Shown: positions 9,027-21,159, counted from the stretch's first letter. The stretch is DNA of 64,000 bases from an uncultured Solirubrobacteraceae bacterium (GCA_964588985.1 CAZPQW010000002.1:64001-128000), one strand, 5' to 3'. Notes: generated by a model not told the origin, from the letters alone. Numbers and translations: made by a program.

Positions 9027-10070
9027 ATGGCGCGCGATCTGAAGCTCGGCATGAACACCGGCTACTGGGCCGGCGGGCCTCCCCCCGGCGTGGTCGAGGC
9101 GATCGCCGAAGCCGAGCGGCTCGGCTACGACTCGATCTGGACCGCCGAGGCCTACGGATCGGACTGCCTCACGCCGCTCGCCTGGTGGGGCGCATCCACC
9201 GAGCGCGTCAAGCTCGGCACCGCGATCGTGCAGATGTCCGCGCGCCAGCCCACCGCCACCGCGATGGCCGCGATGACGCTCGACCACCTCTCCGGCGGGC
9301 GCTTCATCCTCGGGCTCGGCGTCTCCGGCCCGCAGGTCGTCGAGGGCTGGTACGGGATGGAGTTCTCAAAGCCGCTCGCGCGCACCCGCGAGTACATCTC
9401 GATCCTGCGCGACGTGTGGGCGCGCAGGGGGCCCGTCACCGCGCCCGGGCCCGCCTACCAGCTGCCGCGCCCCGACGGGACCGGCCTCGGCAAGCCGCTG
9501 AAGTCCTCGATCCACCCGTTGCGCGAGGACATCCCCATATACCTAGGCGCCGAGGGCCCGAAGAACATCGCGCTGTGCGCGGAGCTGTGCGACGGCTGGC
9601 TGGCGATGCTGTTCTCCCCGACCGTCTACGACGAGCTGTACAAGCCATCGCTGGAGGAGGGCTGGGCGCGCGAGGGAGCGCGTCGCGGCGCTGAGGACTT
9701 CGAGGTGTGCGCGACGGTGCCGCTGATCGTCACCGACGACATCGAGTCCGCCGCCGACGCGCTGCGCCCGTTCTACGCGCTGTACTTCGGCGGGATGGGC
9801 GCCAAGGGCGCCAACTTCCACGCCAACGTGCCGATCCGCATGGGCTACGAGAAAGAGGTCGAGGAAATCCAGGACCTCTACCTGAGCGGAAAGAAGGAGG
9901 AGGCCGGCGCGAAGATCCCCACCGCGCTGATCGAAGAGCTGTCGCTGATCGGCCCCGCGGAGAAGATCCGCGATGACCTCTCCCGCTGGCGCGAGTCGGT
10001 CGTCACCACGCTGCTCATCTCGGGCGACGCCGCCACGCTGCGCGCCGCCGCCGAGCTCGTCCTCGGCTGA
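9027..10070 (+). CDS. LLM class F420-dependent oxidoreductase
   Basis: WTAEAYGSD, GRFILGLGVSGPQVVEGWYG, GAEGPKN. Confidence 0.92.
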   Translation: MARDLKLGMNTGYWAGGPPPGVVEAIAEAERLGYDSIWTAEAYGSDCLTPLAWWGASTERVKLGTAIVQMSARQPTATAMAAMTLDHLSGGRFILGLGVSGPQVVEGWYGMEFSKPLARTREYISILRDVWARRGPVTAPGPAYQLPRPDGTGLGKPLKSSIHPLREDIPIYLGAEGPKNIALCAELCDGWLAMLFSPTVYDELYKPSLEEGWAREGARRGAEDFEVCATVPLIVTDDIESAADALRPFYALYFGGMGAKGANFHANVPIRMGYEKEVEEIQDLYLSGKKEEAGAKIPTALIEELSLIGPAEKIRDDLSRWRESVVTTLLISGDAATLRAAAELVLG

Positions 10071-10194
10071 GGTTCGGGCGCCCCAGGGCTCCCTTGGTTT
10101 GATCTTTAGGGCCTTCAATGGCTCGAAATGTCAATTCGTCCAGCCGTCAGCTGACTGCTGCCCATTGTGCTAGCGACCGCCGATAGGCCATCGC

Positions 10195-11277
10195 ATGGCA
10201 ACGGCGATCGCCCCATCCATCCCCCGTCCGTCGCGTCCCGAGGACGCGCCGTCCGACACGAACAGCACGTGGCTGATCGAGGGCGGCATGGACCGCGAGC
10301 GGATGCTCGACATGGACCGCCTGGTGGCGCCCGTGCGCCAACGCTCGTTCCTCGTGATCGCCGCCGCGCTGCTGCTGTGCGGGCCTTGGCTGGGGTGGTG
10401 GACGATCGTCCCTCTGGCCGTCGCGGGCGTGGTGTTCAAGCTCGCCGACGACGCCGTCGGACGGGTGACGCATCCCGAGTACCTGCTGTTCGCGGCGTGG
10501 GCGGGGTCGGAGGTGATGATCGAGGTGAGCGTCGCGCTGACCGGCGGGCCCAAATCCCCGGCGATGGCGTGGTTCGCGATTCCGATCGTGACGCTCAGCG
10601 CGCGCTTCCCGCTGCGCGGCGTGCTGCTCGGAGTGGGCGTGACGGTCGCGCTGATGGTCGCGGTCGCATTCGGCGTGGACGCGCACGCGGTGATCGTCCA
10701 CCCGCCGCTGCTGATCATGCCGCTCGCACTCACGATCGCCGTCGCGATCCTCTCGACCGCGCTGATGCAGTCCGACGTGCGCCACCGCAGCGAGGCGGTC
10801 ATCGACCAGCTCACCGGCATGCTCAACCGCAACTCGCTCGCCGACCGCACCGTCGAGCTCGCGCACCAGTCCGAGCGCACCGGGCAGACGGTCGGGCTGA
10901 TCGTCGGCGACCTCGACAACTTCAAGCGCGTCAACGACGAGCACGGTCACGCGACCGGCGATGCGGTGCTGCAGGACGTCGCGTACATGCTGCGCAAGCA
11001 GCTGCGCGCGTTCGACCTCGCCTATCGCATCGGCGGCGAGGAGTTCCTCGTGCTGCTGCCCGGCGCGGACCTCGCGCAGACCGCCGCGATGGCCGAGCGG
11101 CTGCGCAGAGGGGTGGCCGCGGACACCGTCGGCGGCGGGCTGCGCGTGACGATGAGCTTCGGCGTCAGCGCCTCGCGGCCGGGCGACGCGTTCGACTACG
11201 CGGCCGTCTGCGCGCAGGCCGACGCGGCGATGTACGAAGCGAAGCGCAAAGGGCGCAACGAGGTGTGCGGAGGGTAG
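10195..11277 (+). CDS. Membrane-bound diguanylate cyclase (GGDEF)
   Basis: About six TM helices; DQLTGMLNR, DLDNFKRVND.HGH..GD, RIGGEEF. Confidence 0.93.
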   Translation: MATAIAPSIPRPSRPEDAPSDTNSTWLIEGGMDRERMLDMDRLVAPVRQRSFLVIAAALLLCGPWLGWWTIVPLAVAGVVFKLADDAVGRVTHPEYLLFAAWAGSEVMIEVSVALTGGPKSPAMAWFAIPIVTLSARFPLRGVLLGVGVTVALMVAVAFGVDAHAVIVHPPLLIMPLALTIAVAILSTALMQSDVRHRSEAVIDQLTGMLNRNSLADRTVELAHQSERTGQTVGLIVGDLDNFKRVNDEHGHATGDAVLQDVAYMLRKQLRAFDLAYRIGGEEFLVLLPGADLAQTAAMAERLRRGVAADTVGGGLRVTMSFGVSASRPGDAFDYAAVCAQADAAMYEAKRKGRNEVCGG

Positions 11278-11287
11278 GGTCTAGGGC

Positions 11288-12475
11288 ATGAGCGACGAGG
11301 ACGCCGTGCCCCAGCAGCTGTTCGCGAACTTCCAGTACGAGATCTACGGCTACGGGCTCGCCGGCGAGAAGCCGAAGCTCCCGATCTCCGTCGCCGCGCT
11401 GCAGGACCGCGCCGCCGAAGTCATGACCCCCGAGGCGTACGGCTATGTCGCGGGGGCAGCCGGCGCGGAGCGGACGCTGCGCGCGAACCGCGACGCGTTC
11501 GAGCGCTGGGAGATCGTGCCGCGGATGCTCCGCGACGTCTCCACGCGCGATCTGAGCACGTCGATCCTCGGCACGCCCATGCCCGCGCCGGTGATGCTCG
11601 CGCCCGTCGGCGTGCAGAGCATCGTCCACCCCGAGGGCGAGCTCGCGGTCGGTCGCGCCGCCGCCGCGCTCGGACTCACGTCGATCCTCAGCACCGCGGC
11701 GTCGCACACGATCGAGGAAGTGGCTGGCGCGGTAGGAGACGCCAGCCGCTGGTACCAGCTCTACTGGCCCAGGGACCGCGACCTCGCCGCGAGCTTCGTG
11801 CAGCGCGCGGTCGAGGCGGACTACGCGGCGATCGTGGTGACGCTCGACACGTGGATGCTCGGCTGGCGCCCGCGCGATCTGCAGAACGGCTACCTGCCGT
11901 TCCTCAAAGGCGAGGGCGTCGCGAACTACTTCAGCGACCCGGTGTTCCGCGCGGCGCTCGAGGTCACGCCCGAGGAGGACCTCGGCCCGGCGATCGGGCA
12001 CTGAGCCTACCAGTTCGCCAACCCCACCGTCACGTGGACGGATCTCGCGTGGCTGCGCGAGCAGACCGAACTGCCGATCGTGCTGAAGGGGATCCTCCAC
12101 GAGGACGACGCCAGGCGCGCGCTCGACGCGGGCGTGGACGGGCTGATCGTGTCCAACCACGGCGGGCGCCAGGTGGACGGCGCGATCGGAGCGCTCGACG
12201 CGCTCCCGGCGGTCCGCGACGTGGTGGGCGGCGACTTCACGGTCCTGTTCGACAGCGGCATCCGCGGCGGCGCGGACGTGCTCAAGGCGCTCGCGCTGGG
12301 GGCGGACGCGGTGTGCATCGGGCGCCTGTTCATGTGGGGGCTCGCGCTCGGCGGGCAGGCGGGCGTGGAATACGTGCTCCGCTGCCTGCTCGCCGACCTC
12401 GACCTGACGCTCGCGCTGAGCGGCTACACCGAACTCGCCCAGGTGGACGCGGCGGCGCTCAGACGATCGGCCTGA
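11288..12475 (+). pseudogene. FMN-dependent alpha-hydroxy-acid oxidase / lactate 2-monooxygenase-like gene interrupted by one in-frame TGA (12002-12004)
   Basis: Both halves are in the same frame; APVGVQ, YQLY, VTLDT..GWRPRDL, then LKGI, VSNHGGRQ, DSGIRGG, KALALGA. Confidence 0.8.
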
Positions 12476-12491
12476 GCGGGCGGGCCCGGCC

Positions 12492-14087
12492 GTGGCGCCC
12501 GTGCCGATGCCAGCGAGCGCCCGCGCGAAGCGCCTCACGCTGATCGCGTGCATCCTCGGTTCGGGGATCGCGCTGCTGGACGGGACGGTGGTGAACGTCG
12601 CGCTGCCCACGATCCAGCGCGCCCTCGGCGGCGGCCTCGCCGCGCAGCAGTGGGTGGTGAACGGCTACCTGCTGACGCTCGGCTCGCTGATCCTCGTGGG
12701 CGGCTCGCTCGGGGACCTCTACGGCGAGCGGCGCATCTTCGAGCTCGGCGTGAGCGGCTTCGGCATCGCCTCGCTCGGCTGCGCGCTCGCGCCGACGATC
12801 GGCTGGCTGGTGGCGGCGAGGGCGCTGCAGGGCGTGACGAGCGCGCTGCTCACGCCGGCGTCGCTGGCGGTGATCGTGAACACGTTCCCCGAGTCCGAGC
12901 GCGGCGGGGCGATCGGAGCGTGGACGGCTTGGGGGACGATCGCGGCGGTGCTCGGGCCGCTGCTCGGGGGCGAGCTGCTGGCGGTCGCCTCGTGGCGCTG
13001 GATATTCGTCATCAACGTCCCGTTCGTGCTCGCGTGCGTGGTGATCATCCGCGTGGCGATCCCGCGGGCGCCCGCGCGCGCGACCGGGGCCCGGCGCGTC
13101 GACGTCCCCGGCGCGCTGCTGTGTGCGGGCGGCCTCGGCGGCGCGGTGTTCGCGCTGATCGAGCAGCCGCGCCTGGGCTGGTCGAGCCTCGGAGTGCTCG
13201 CGCCGCTGCTCGGTGGGGCGGCGCTGCTGGGCGCGTTCGTTCTCTACGAGTCTCGAGCGAGGGACCCGATGTTGCCGCTGCGGCTGTTCGCGCGGCGGAA
13301 CTTCTCGGCAGGGAACGTCGAGACGTTCTCGATGTACGCGGGGCTGGCGATCGTGTTCTTCTTCCTGATCCTCTTCCTGCAGCAGATCGGCGGCTACTCG
13401 CCGCTGAAGAGCGGCCTGACGACGTTGCCCGTGACGGTCGTGATGTTCCTGCTCTCCCGCCGCTTCGGCGCGCTCGCCGACCGCTTCGGTCCGCGCCTGT
13501 TCATGGGCGGCGGGCCGCTCGTGTGCGCCGGCGGGCTGCTGCTGTTCCAGCGCATGGGCATTCATGTGGATTACCTCGGCGACGTGCTGCCGCCGCTCCT
13601 GCTGTTCGCGCTCGGCCTCTCGCTGACGGTCGCGCCGCTGACCGCCGCGGTGCTGGCCGACGCGACGAAGGACGACGCGGGGATCGCCTCGGGCGTGAAC
13701 AACGCGATCGCGCGCGTGGCTGGGCTGCTTGGCACTGCGGCGGTGGGGGCGGCGGTGGCGGGATCGTTCGTCGCGGATCTACAGAGCCGCTTGTCAGGTG
13801 TGAACCTCGGCCCGGCTGCGCGTGCTGCGGTGGCTGCTGCCAAGCGCCTTCCCCTCGGGCGCCCTGACGTCCACACCCTGCCTGCGGGCCAGGCTCGGGC
13901 GCTGACGAGCGCCGCGGAGCAGGCCTCGTTGCACAGCTTCCACGTCGGCATGGCGATCGCCGCGGCGCTCGTCGCGCTTGGCGGTATCGTGGGTGCGGCG
14001 GGGATCCGCAATCCGCAGCGCGGCGACGTCCACGCGGCCAGTTGTCCGGGCGGCGCCTTGGTGGGGGCGAGCTCGGAGGCGATATGA
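12492..14087 (+). CDS. MFS transporter, DHA2 (14-TM drug/metabolite) family
   Basis: LDGTVVNVALP, GGSLGDLYGERR, GPLLGG, WRWIFVINVP. Confidence 0.92.
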   Translation: MAPVPMPASARAKRLTLIACILGSGIALLDGTVVNVALPTIQRALGGGLAAQQWVVNGYLLTLGSLILVGGSLGDLYGERRIFELGVSGFGIASLGCALAPTIGWLVAARALQGVTSALLTPASLAVIVNTFPESERGGAIGAWTAWGTIAAVLGPLLGGELLAVASWRWIFVINVPFVLACVVIIRVAIPRAPARATGARRVDVPGALLCAGGLGGAVFALIEQPRLGWSSLGVLAPLLGGAALLGAFVLYESRARDPMLPLRLFARRNFSAGNVETFSMYAGLAIVFFFLILFLQQIGGYSPLKSGLTTLPVTVVMFLLSRRFGALADRFGPRLFMGGGPLVCAGGLLLFQRMGIHVDYLGDVLPPLLLFALGLSLTVAPLTAAVLADATKDDAGIASGVNNAIARVAGLLGTAAVGAAVAGSFVADLQSRLSGVNLGPAARAAVAAAKRLPLGRPDVHTLPAGQARALTSAAEQASLHSFHVGMAIAAALVALGGIVGAAGIRNPQRGDVHAASCPGGALVGASSEAI

Positions 14088-14105
14088 GTTGGCAACATTG
14101 CCTCC

Positions 14106-14501
14106 TCAGCGAGCGAATCTCCCAGCGGTGAATTTGACTCTGGCTTCACGGTTCAGCCCGAATCTGCCGGTCCTGGGGTCGACCGTTGCAGCTTGCGTGT
14201 AAATTCCGCTGCCGTACTTGCCTGCGAAGTGGGCTGTGCAGACCATCGCACTTCTGGATATTGGCCTACACTCTGTGCTCCGTACGACCACGCCCGGCGG
14301 TACCCGCGCGTCGATCGCTCTCTCGACTCGTTGCGTGAGCGAGGGATTGCCCGTCCTGCTGTGCCTTGTGGCGAGGTCGCTGGTGCGTGCACCAAACACA
14401 AGCGCGACGCCGACGCCACACAGTGCCGATGTGAGCATGACGGTGCGGACATGCGTAGCGCGGACACGCAACCATTGTGCGATCTTAATGACACCGGACA
14501 T
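14106..14501 (-). CDS. Hypothetical exported/membrane-anchored protein in AT-richer islet
   Basis: N-terminal hydrophobic segment, Cys pair; co-oriented with the neighbouring lipoprotein gene. Confidence 0.45.
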   Translation of the reverse strand: MSGVIKIAQWLRVRATHVRTVMLTSALCGVGVALVFGARTSDLATRHSRTGNPSLTQRVERAIDARVPPGVVVRSTECRPISRSAMVCTAHFAGKYGSGIYTQAATVDPRTGRFGLNREARVKFTAGRFAR

Positions 14502-14516
14502 GGCACATTGCTCAGG

Positions 14517-14951
14517 CTAGCTCTGGCGCAGCCACGTAGTCTCGGGTCTTTCTGCTCCTCCGTTCAACGTGTACTTGGTGATCAGTGTCCTGTTGGTGGG
14601 TGCAAAGAAGCCCACTGCGGGGATTTTCACCGTCATGGTGCAGCTGCGCGCTTCGTTTGCGAGAAGTGTAACTTCGACCCCCGCGCATGTGGTTCCAAGT
14701 TCAAAGGTGCCAGAACCTAAGCCAGCAGCACCGAGTTCCTGTTTTGTAATCTTGAACCGTCCTGGTCCTCTGGCCCAAGCGGTGACCGCGAGTTCTCCTG
14801 ATGCAAAGAATACTACTTGCGGAGGAACCGAGCCACCGGCCCCAGAGCCGCAGCCATTCGCAAGCATGCTCATGGCAACCAACGTCAGCGCGACAAGTAT
14901 GTGTGGTGCGCGTAAGGCGAAGAATGGGGAAGACTTGGCATTTGACCTCAT
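14517..14951 (-). CDS. Hypothetical lipoprotein (Ig-like beta-rich)
   Basis: Signal with lipobox LANGC; start ATG 14951 inferred. Confidence 0.55.
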   Translation of the reverse strand: MRSNAKSSPFFALRAPHILVALTLVAMSMLANGCGSGAGGSVPPQVVFFASGELAVTAWARGPGRFKITKQELGAAGLGSGTFELGTTCAGVEVTLLANEARSCTMTVKIPAVGFFAPTNRTLITKYTLNGGAERPETTWLRQS

Positions 14952-15297
14952 TGAATGACCCCCTATATCGGACGTCCACTTGTCAAGTTTAGTTGGCTTT
15001 CTCGTATTGGCTGAGTGAGCTTGGAGGCCGCTATCGCGGAGCCCGAAAGCCAAGACGGCGGCTCCGTGAGCATTTGTACGCCTGGAGGTGAGCTGCGTCA
15101 AGAGTCCTCACCTATCTTGACGACGTACAGCCTAGAACGAGCGTCAACCGCAGCGTAGGCCGAGAGTAGTTCGACAGTTATGTCTCCGACTATCTCCGGT
15201 TTCTTGACTGATCAAGGCCGCGTTGGTAGCGTCGCATCGTGGGGTATAAATTTCTTTGCCGCGGGGTCGGTTTCGAACTAAACAGGAGCGCTGGATT

Positions 15298-15882
15298 ATG
15301 AGGGATCTTCGATTAGTAGGTGTGGCTGCTATTGCGCTACTTGTGCTCGGTACGATCGCACATGCTGGGGCTCACGAATTCGTTGCGAGCACGACGGGAA
15401 CGCTCAAAGCCACGAAAGGCAAAGAGATCTTCACATTTGGCTCAGCAAAAGTTACGTGTACTCAGCTCTCGGTCAAAGGCAGTGTCGCGACGGCGAAAGA
15501 GCAGACTCAGAATGTTACTGTTTTACCCAGTAAATGCGAAGGATTCGGATCGGCCAAAGTAACTGTGTCGGAAGCGGAATTCTTATTCGAAGCCTCGCTC
15601 GGGGCTTCAGAAATCGGTCCGATTGTAGTGCTCACAAATGCGGTGGGGAAATGTAGCATCAAAATTGAGGGTGCGGGTGCGGAAGGCACAAGCAAAGGCG
15701 GCGAAGGCACGCTCAAATACACCAACACTGGCAAAGAAATCAAGACTACTCAGTTAGTTACCGAAATCGAGTACGAATCCAGCGGCGGCGTATGTGGTGA
15801 ACCTGAAATGGCATACACGAACGGTACGATCGAAGCCGAAGGCACCGTAGAAGTCGAAAAAGGGACCATAAAATGGACATAG
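15298..15882 (+). CDS. Secreted beta-rich hypothetical protein with four Cys
   Basis: AGGAG RBS, signal peptide ending AHA-G-A, Thr/Gly/Glu/Lys-rich strands, AT-rich codons. Confidence 0.8.
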   Translation: MRDLRLVGVAAIALLVLGTIAHAGAHEFVASTTGTLKATKGKEIFTFGSAKVTCTQLSVKGSVATAKEQTQNVTVLPSKCEGFGSAKVTVSEAEFLFEASLGASEIGPIVVLTNAVGKCSIKIEGAGAEGTSKGGEGTLKYTNTGKEIKTTQLVTEIEYESSGGVCGEPEMAYTNGTIEAEGTVEVEKGTIKWT

Positions 15883-15891
15883 TCCTGGCAG

Positions 15892-16195
15892 CTAAATAGG
15901 CTCGCGCGCGTACTCGCGCATCGCGTCGACGATCGGTCCGAGCCTGCGTCCGCGCGCGGTCAGCCGGTACTCGACCGTGGGCGGGCTCGAGGGGATGACC
16001 TTGCGCTCGACGAGGCCCGCGCCCTCGAGGTCGCGCAGGCGCTCTGAGAGCATCCGCGGTGAGATGCCCGCGACGGCCTGGGCGAACTCGTTGAAGCGCA
16101 GCGCGCCGGTGAGCGCGGCGTAGATGATCGACAGCTGCCAGCGCCGCTCGAGGAGGTCCGCGGCCTCGCGGACCTCCATCGGGACGGGCTCACAT

Positions 16196-16215
<20 letters not shown>
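15892..16215 (-). CDS. HxlR/DUF24 family winged-helix regulator
   Basis: RWQLSII, RFNEF, ISPRMLSERLRDLE..GLV, VEYRLT. Confidence 0.9.
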
Positions 16216-18544
<2,329 letters not shown>

Positions 18545-18581
18545 AGGTAACCGCTCCATATGAGCTTACGAAAGTTTAGTT

Positions 18582-18610
18582 AGTATAGCGCGGGGTGGTT
18601 GTGCGCGCAA
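18582..18610 (-). promoter_or_regulatory. Housekeeping-sigma-type promoter of lon
   Basis: Minus strand TTGCGC-17 nt-TATACT upstream of the lon start. Confidence 0.7.
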
Positions 18611-18718
18611 GTAGTTTGGGGTGTATGTCGGATTTGGCTTTGTGGAGCCAAATATCGTCAGCCGGCGAGAGGCGAGTGGGCCGCGAGTACCGTCTCAAGC
18701 GATCGATAGAACCCGTGC

Positions 18719-19174
18719 ATGGCTCAATCGATCGAGGAGCTCAGCTACGAGCTGACGGCCAACGCGCTCGCCGAGCAGGAGCGCGCGTTTTCGGGATTGA
18801 GACTGTGCGCGAGCACGGCTCTTGGCGCAGCTTCCGTTGCTGGCTCGTTCCTTGGCGCGAAGGCAATCCACGGATCGCTCGATGGATGGAGCCTCTTCGC
18901 GCTGATCTCATTCAGCCTCTGCGGAGGCAGCGCCATCTGGGTGCTTGGCCCACACGATTTCGTTTTTGCGTTCCGGGGCGAGATCATCCTCGCCGAAACC
19001 GGCGATGAGCAGGCGCAGGACATACGCGAGGCCTATCGCGCCGCCAGCGTCTGGATCGAGTCCTGCTTGGATGCGAACTCACGCAAGATCGACGACCTGT
19101 CGGTTTGGCTGACCTTGAGTTGCGTGTCCCTGGCCGTGGAGATCATCGCGTGGACACTCGGGATCATTGGGTAG
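18719..19174 (+). CDS. Hypothetical three-TM membrane protein
   Basis: Clean ORF with hydrophobic helices and plausible codon use. Confidence 0.7.
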   Translation: MAQSIEELSYELTANALAEQERAFSGLRLCASTALGAASVAGSFLGAKAIHGSLDGWSLFALISFSLCGGSAIWVLGPHDFVFAFRGEIILAETGDEQAQDIREAYRAASVWIESCLDANSRKIDDLSVWLTLSCVSLAVEIIAWTLGIIG

Positions 19175-19183
19175 GCTGACGCC

Positions 19184-19363
19184 ATGGTCTTCAAACGTCT
19201 CAAGAGGGAAACCAGAAGCGAGCCAGCAGAACCCCGGCTGAAAGCGAGGCCTCCTAAGGGGTACTCAGCGACCCCTCCACCAGGCTTCGCGATCGTCGAG
19301 AAACGCGGCAAACTGTTTCGCGGGCGGGAACGGGCAAGCATCACGCAGGCTCATCGAAACTGA
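19184..19363 (+). CDS. Small basic hypothetical protein (59 aa, not in ORF track)
   Basis: MVFKRLKRETRSEPAEPRLKARPPKGY...; TAGGCT box 6 nt upstream of the ATG. Confidence 0.4.
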   Translation: MVFKRLKRETRSEPAEPRLKARPPKGYSATPPPGFAIVEKRGKLFRGRERASITQAHRN

Positions 19364-20297
19364 CCTCGACGTTCTCCTCGTCGACGCGCTCCTCGACCTC
19401 GGCGGATGACGTGAGCGCCCGCCTGTCAGCATCCAGCAGCGGTTCGGAGAAGAAGCTCCTCGGCCATAGACGGCGAGCCCGGACGACGTTCACCTCGGCT
19501 GCGATGAGCGTGACCTGGGCACCGAGATAGAGCCAGGCGAGCATGCCCAGCACCAGGGCGAAGAAGCCTGAGGTCTCCTTGGCGTGGCGTATGACGTGGT
19601 CGACGTAGAGGCCACCGACGTGCTGGAGGATCTGCCAGAGAACTGCTCCGAATATCACGCCGGGCAGGAGATCTCTCGTCTCGATCTCCGCTGCGGTAAG
19701 CAACCTGAAGGCAGTGAAGAACAGCAGCAGATTGACGATCAGCGCGACGAGCACCCCGCCGAGGATCGCGAGGATGCCAGCGCCGCCTGCGGTCACGAAC
19801 CCAGCGGCGACCGTGGAGACGATCGCGAGCAGGCCGAGGATGACCAGTAGTCCGAGACCGCGCAGCCGGGAGATCAGGAAGTTCGGCCGGTCCTTGTGGG
19901 GAACGTGCCAGACCTGGTTGAAGGCGTTCTGGCTGGCGCCGGTGATGCCAAGGCCGGCAAACAGCGATCCGACGATGCCGATCGCGAGGTCGAGACCGCT
20001 GCCTTTAAGCGAGCCGACGTTTTTCTGCAGCTGCGTGCCGATGATGGGGAACTGGCTGAGCGTCGAGTGCAGCACGCTGGCTCGAGCGCTGGGGTTGCCC
20101 TGAAGCACGAAACCGAGCACCGTCACGAGCACCAGCAGCAGCGGGAACAGCGAGACAAAGCCGTAGTAGGCGATCAGGGCGGCGAGCTGTCCAGCCTGGT
20201 CGTCGCCGAACTTCTTGATCACCGCGGCGATGAAGCTAAGCCGAGGGCTCCGCTGCTGGTGGCGATCGAGCGCGCGGAGACGGTCGGTGAGGCTCAT
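19341..20297 (-). CDS. YihY/virulence factor BrkB family membrane protein
   Basis: AALIAYYGFVSLFPLL, AFNQVW, LAWLYLGAQVTLIAAEVN; start either 20297 or 20336. Confidence 0.9.
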   Translation of the reverse strand: MSLTDRLRALDRHQQRSPRLSFIAAVIKKFGDDQAGQLAALIAYYGFVSLFPLLLVLVTVLGFVLQGNPSARASVLHSTLSQFPIIGTQLQKNVGSLKGSGLDLAIGIVGSLFAGLGITGASQNAFNQVWHVPHKDRPNFLISRLRGLGLLVILGLLAIVSTVAAGFVTAGGAGILAILGGVLVALIVNLLLFFTAFRLLTAAEIETRDLLPGVIFGAVLWQILQHVGGLYVDHVIRHAKETSGFFALVLGMLAWLYLGAQVTLIAAEVNVVRARRLWPRSFFSEPLLDADRRALTSSAEVEERVDEENVEVSFDEPA

Positions 20298-20338
20298 TGG
20301 GAGGGGGGCCTGGGGATCGTGGGTGTCGACATCCACAT

Positions 20339-20995
20339 GTGTCTACCCGAAACGAGCAGCAAACACGAAGCGCGGGCGCGAGCTGGCGCTCGGACCCAGC
20401 GGAGGAGGTGGCGCTTGTCGCTCGCGCCAGACGCGATCTGCTGCTGCGCGCGCACCGCTTCCGGCTGCGCCCCGAGGATCTCGAGGATGCTTACAGCCAA
20501 GCGACGCTCGAGCTTGTCGCGCACGCGCGCAGAGGTGGACGATTCGTCAGTCGCGACCACCTGGCAAACGTAGTCGAGCAGCGGTTTCTGTCGAGGATTC
20601 ATGACCGCCGCCGGGCGCTATCCGGGCGCAGTCCGATGCAGGCGGCGCTCGAGGAAGCCACGTCGCTCCACGGCGCGAAGGAGGGTAGCGTCGACCTGGC
20701 GGACGCTCGGGCCGAGCTGGAGCGGCTCGTGATTCTTCGCCAGGAACTGCAGCGGATCCAGACGGTGGCCCGTGAGCTCAGCTACGAGCAGCGACTCGTA
20801 ATCGCAACGCAGGTTGCGCTGCAGATGGGCTGCGGCGAGTTCTGCGAGCGCTACGGATGGACGGCGGAGAAGTACCGCAAGGTTGCCCAGCGCGCTCGGG
20901 CCCGGCTGCGCCGGCTGATGGTGCTCGAAGACGGAGTTGTGGGTGTCCCGTCTTCGCGCGGTGCGTCGGAACAGAAAGCAGGGACCAACCTATGA
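20339..20995 (+). CDS. Divergent ECF-type sigma-70-like factor
   Basis: Region-2-like EDLEDAYSQATLEL...RIHDRRR and region-4-like LSYEQRLVI...YGWTAEKYRKVAQRARARLRR; start uncertain. Confidence 0.65.
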   Translation: MSTRNEQQTRSAGASWRSDPAEEVALVARARRDLLLRAHRFRLRPEDLEDAYSQATLELVAHARRGGRFVSRDHLANVVEQRFLSRIHDRRRALSGRSPMQAALEEATSLHGAKEGSVDLADARAELERLVILRQELQRIQTVARELSYEQRLVIATQVALQMGCGEFCERYGWTAEKYRKVAQRARARLRRLMVLEDGVVGVPSSRGASEQKAGTNL

Positions 20996-21159
20996 AATCT
21001 CTCCCCCCACTCATAGGCGCGTCCCCTGGGACGCCGGCGGTCGGTTCATCGGACGACCACACGGCGAGGCCCATCCGCGCGCAAGCGACCGGGACCCAGA
21101 GTTCTCCCCGCTCAGGTTCCCGGTCGCCCGCGTGCAGGCTTGGTAGTGAGGCGCGATGA
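20992..21159 (+). CDS. 55-aa ORF translationally coupled on both sides
   Basis: ATGA overlap with the sigma-like stop and ATGA overlap with the next gene start. Confidence 0.5.
   Translation: MKSLPPLIGASPGTPAVGSSDDHTARPIRAQATGTQSSPRSGSRSPACRLGSEAR
21085..21127. repeat. Imperfect 17-bp inverted repeat (hairpin)
   Basis: GCGACCGGGACCCAGAG-9 nt-CTCAGGTTCCCGGTCGC, 15 of 17 positions complementary. Confidence 0.8.

Noticed and set aside
12002-12045. Selenocysteine codon with SECIS
   Set aside because: Position is in a variable loop where Trp fits, away from catalytic motifs; hairpin is weak; kept only as a low-interest finding
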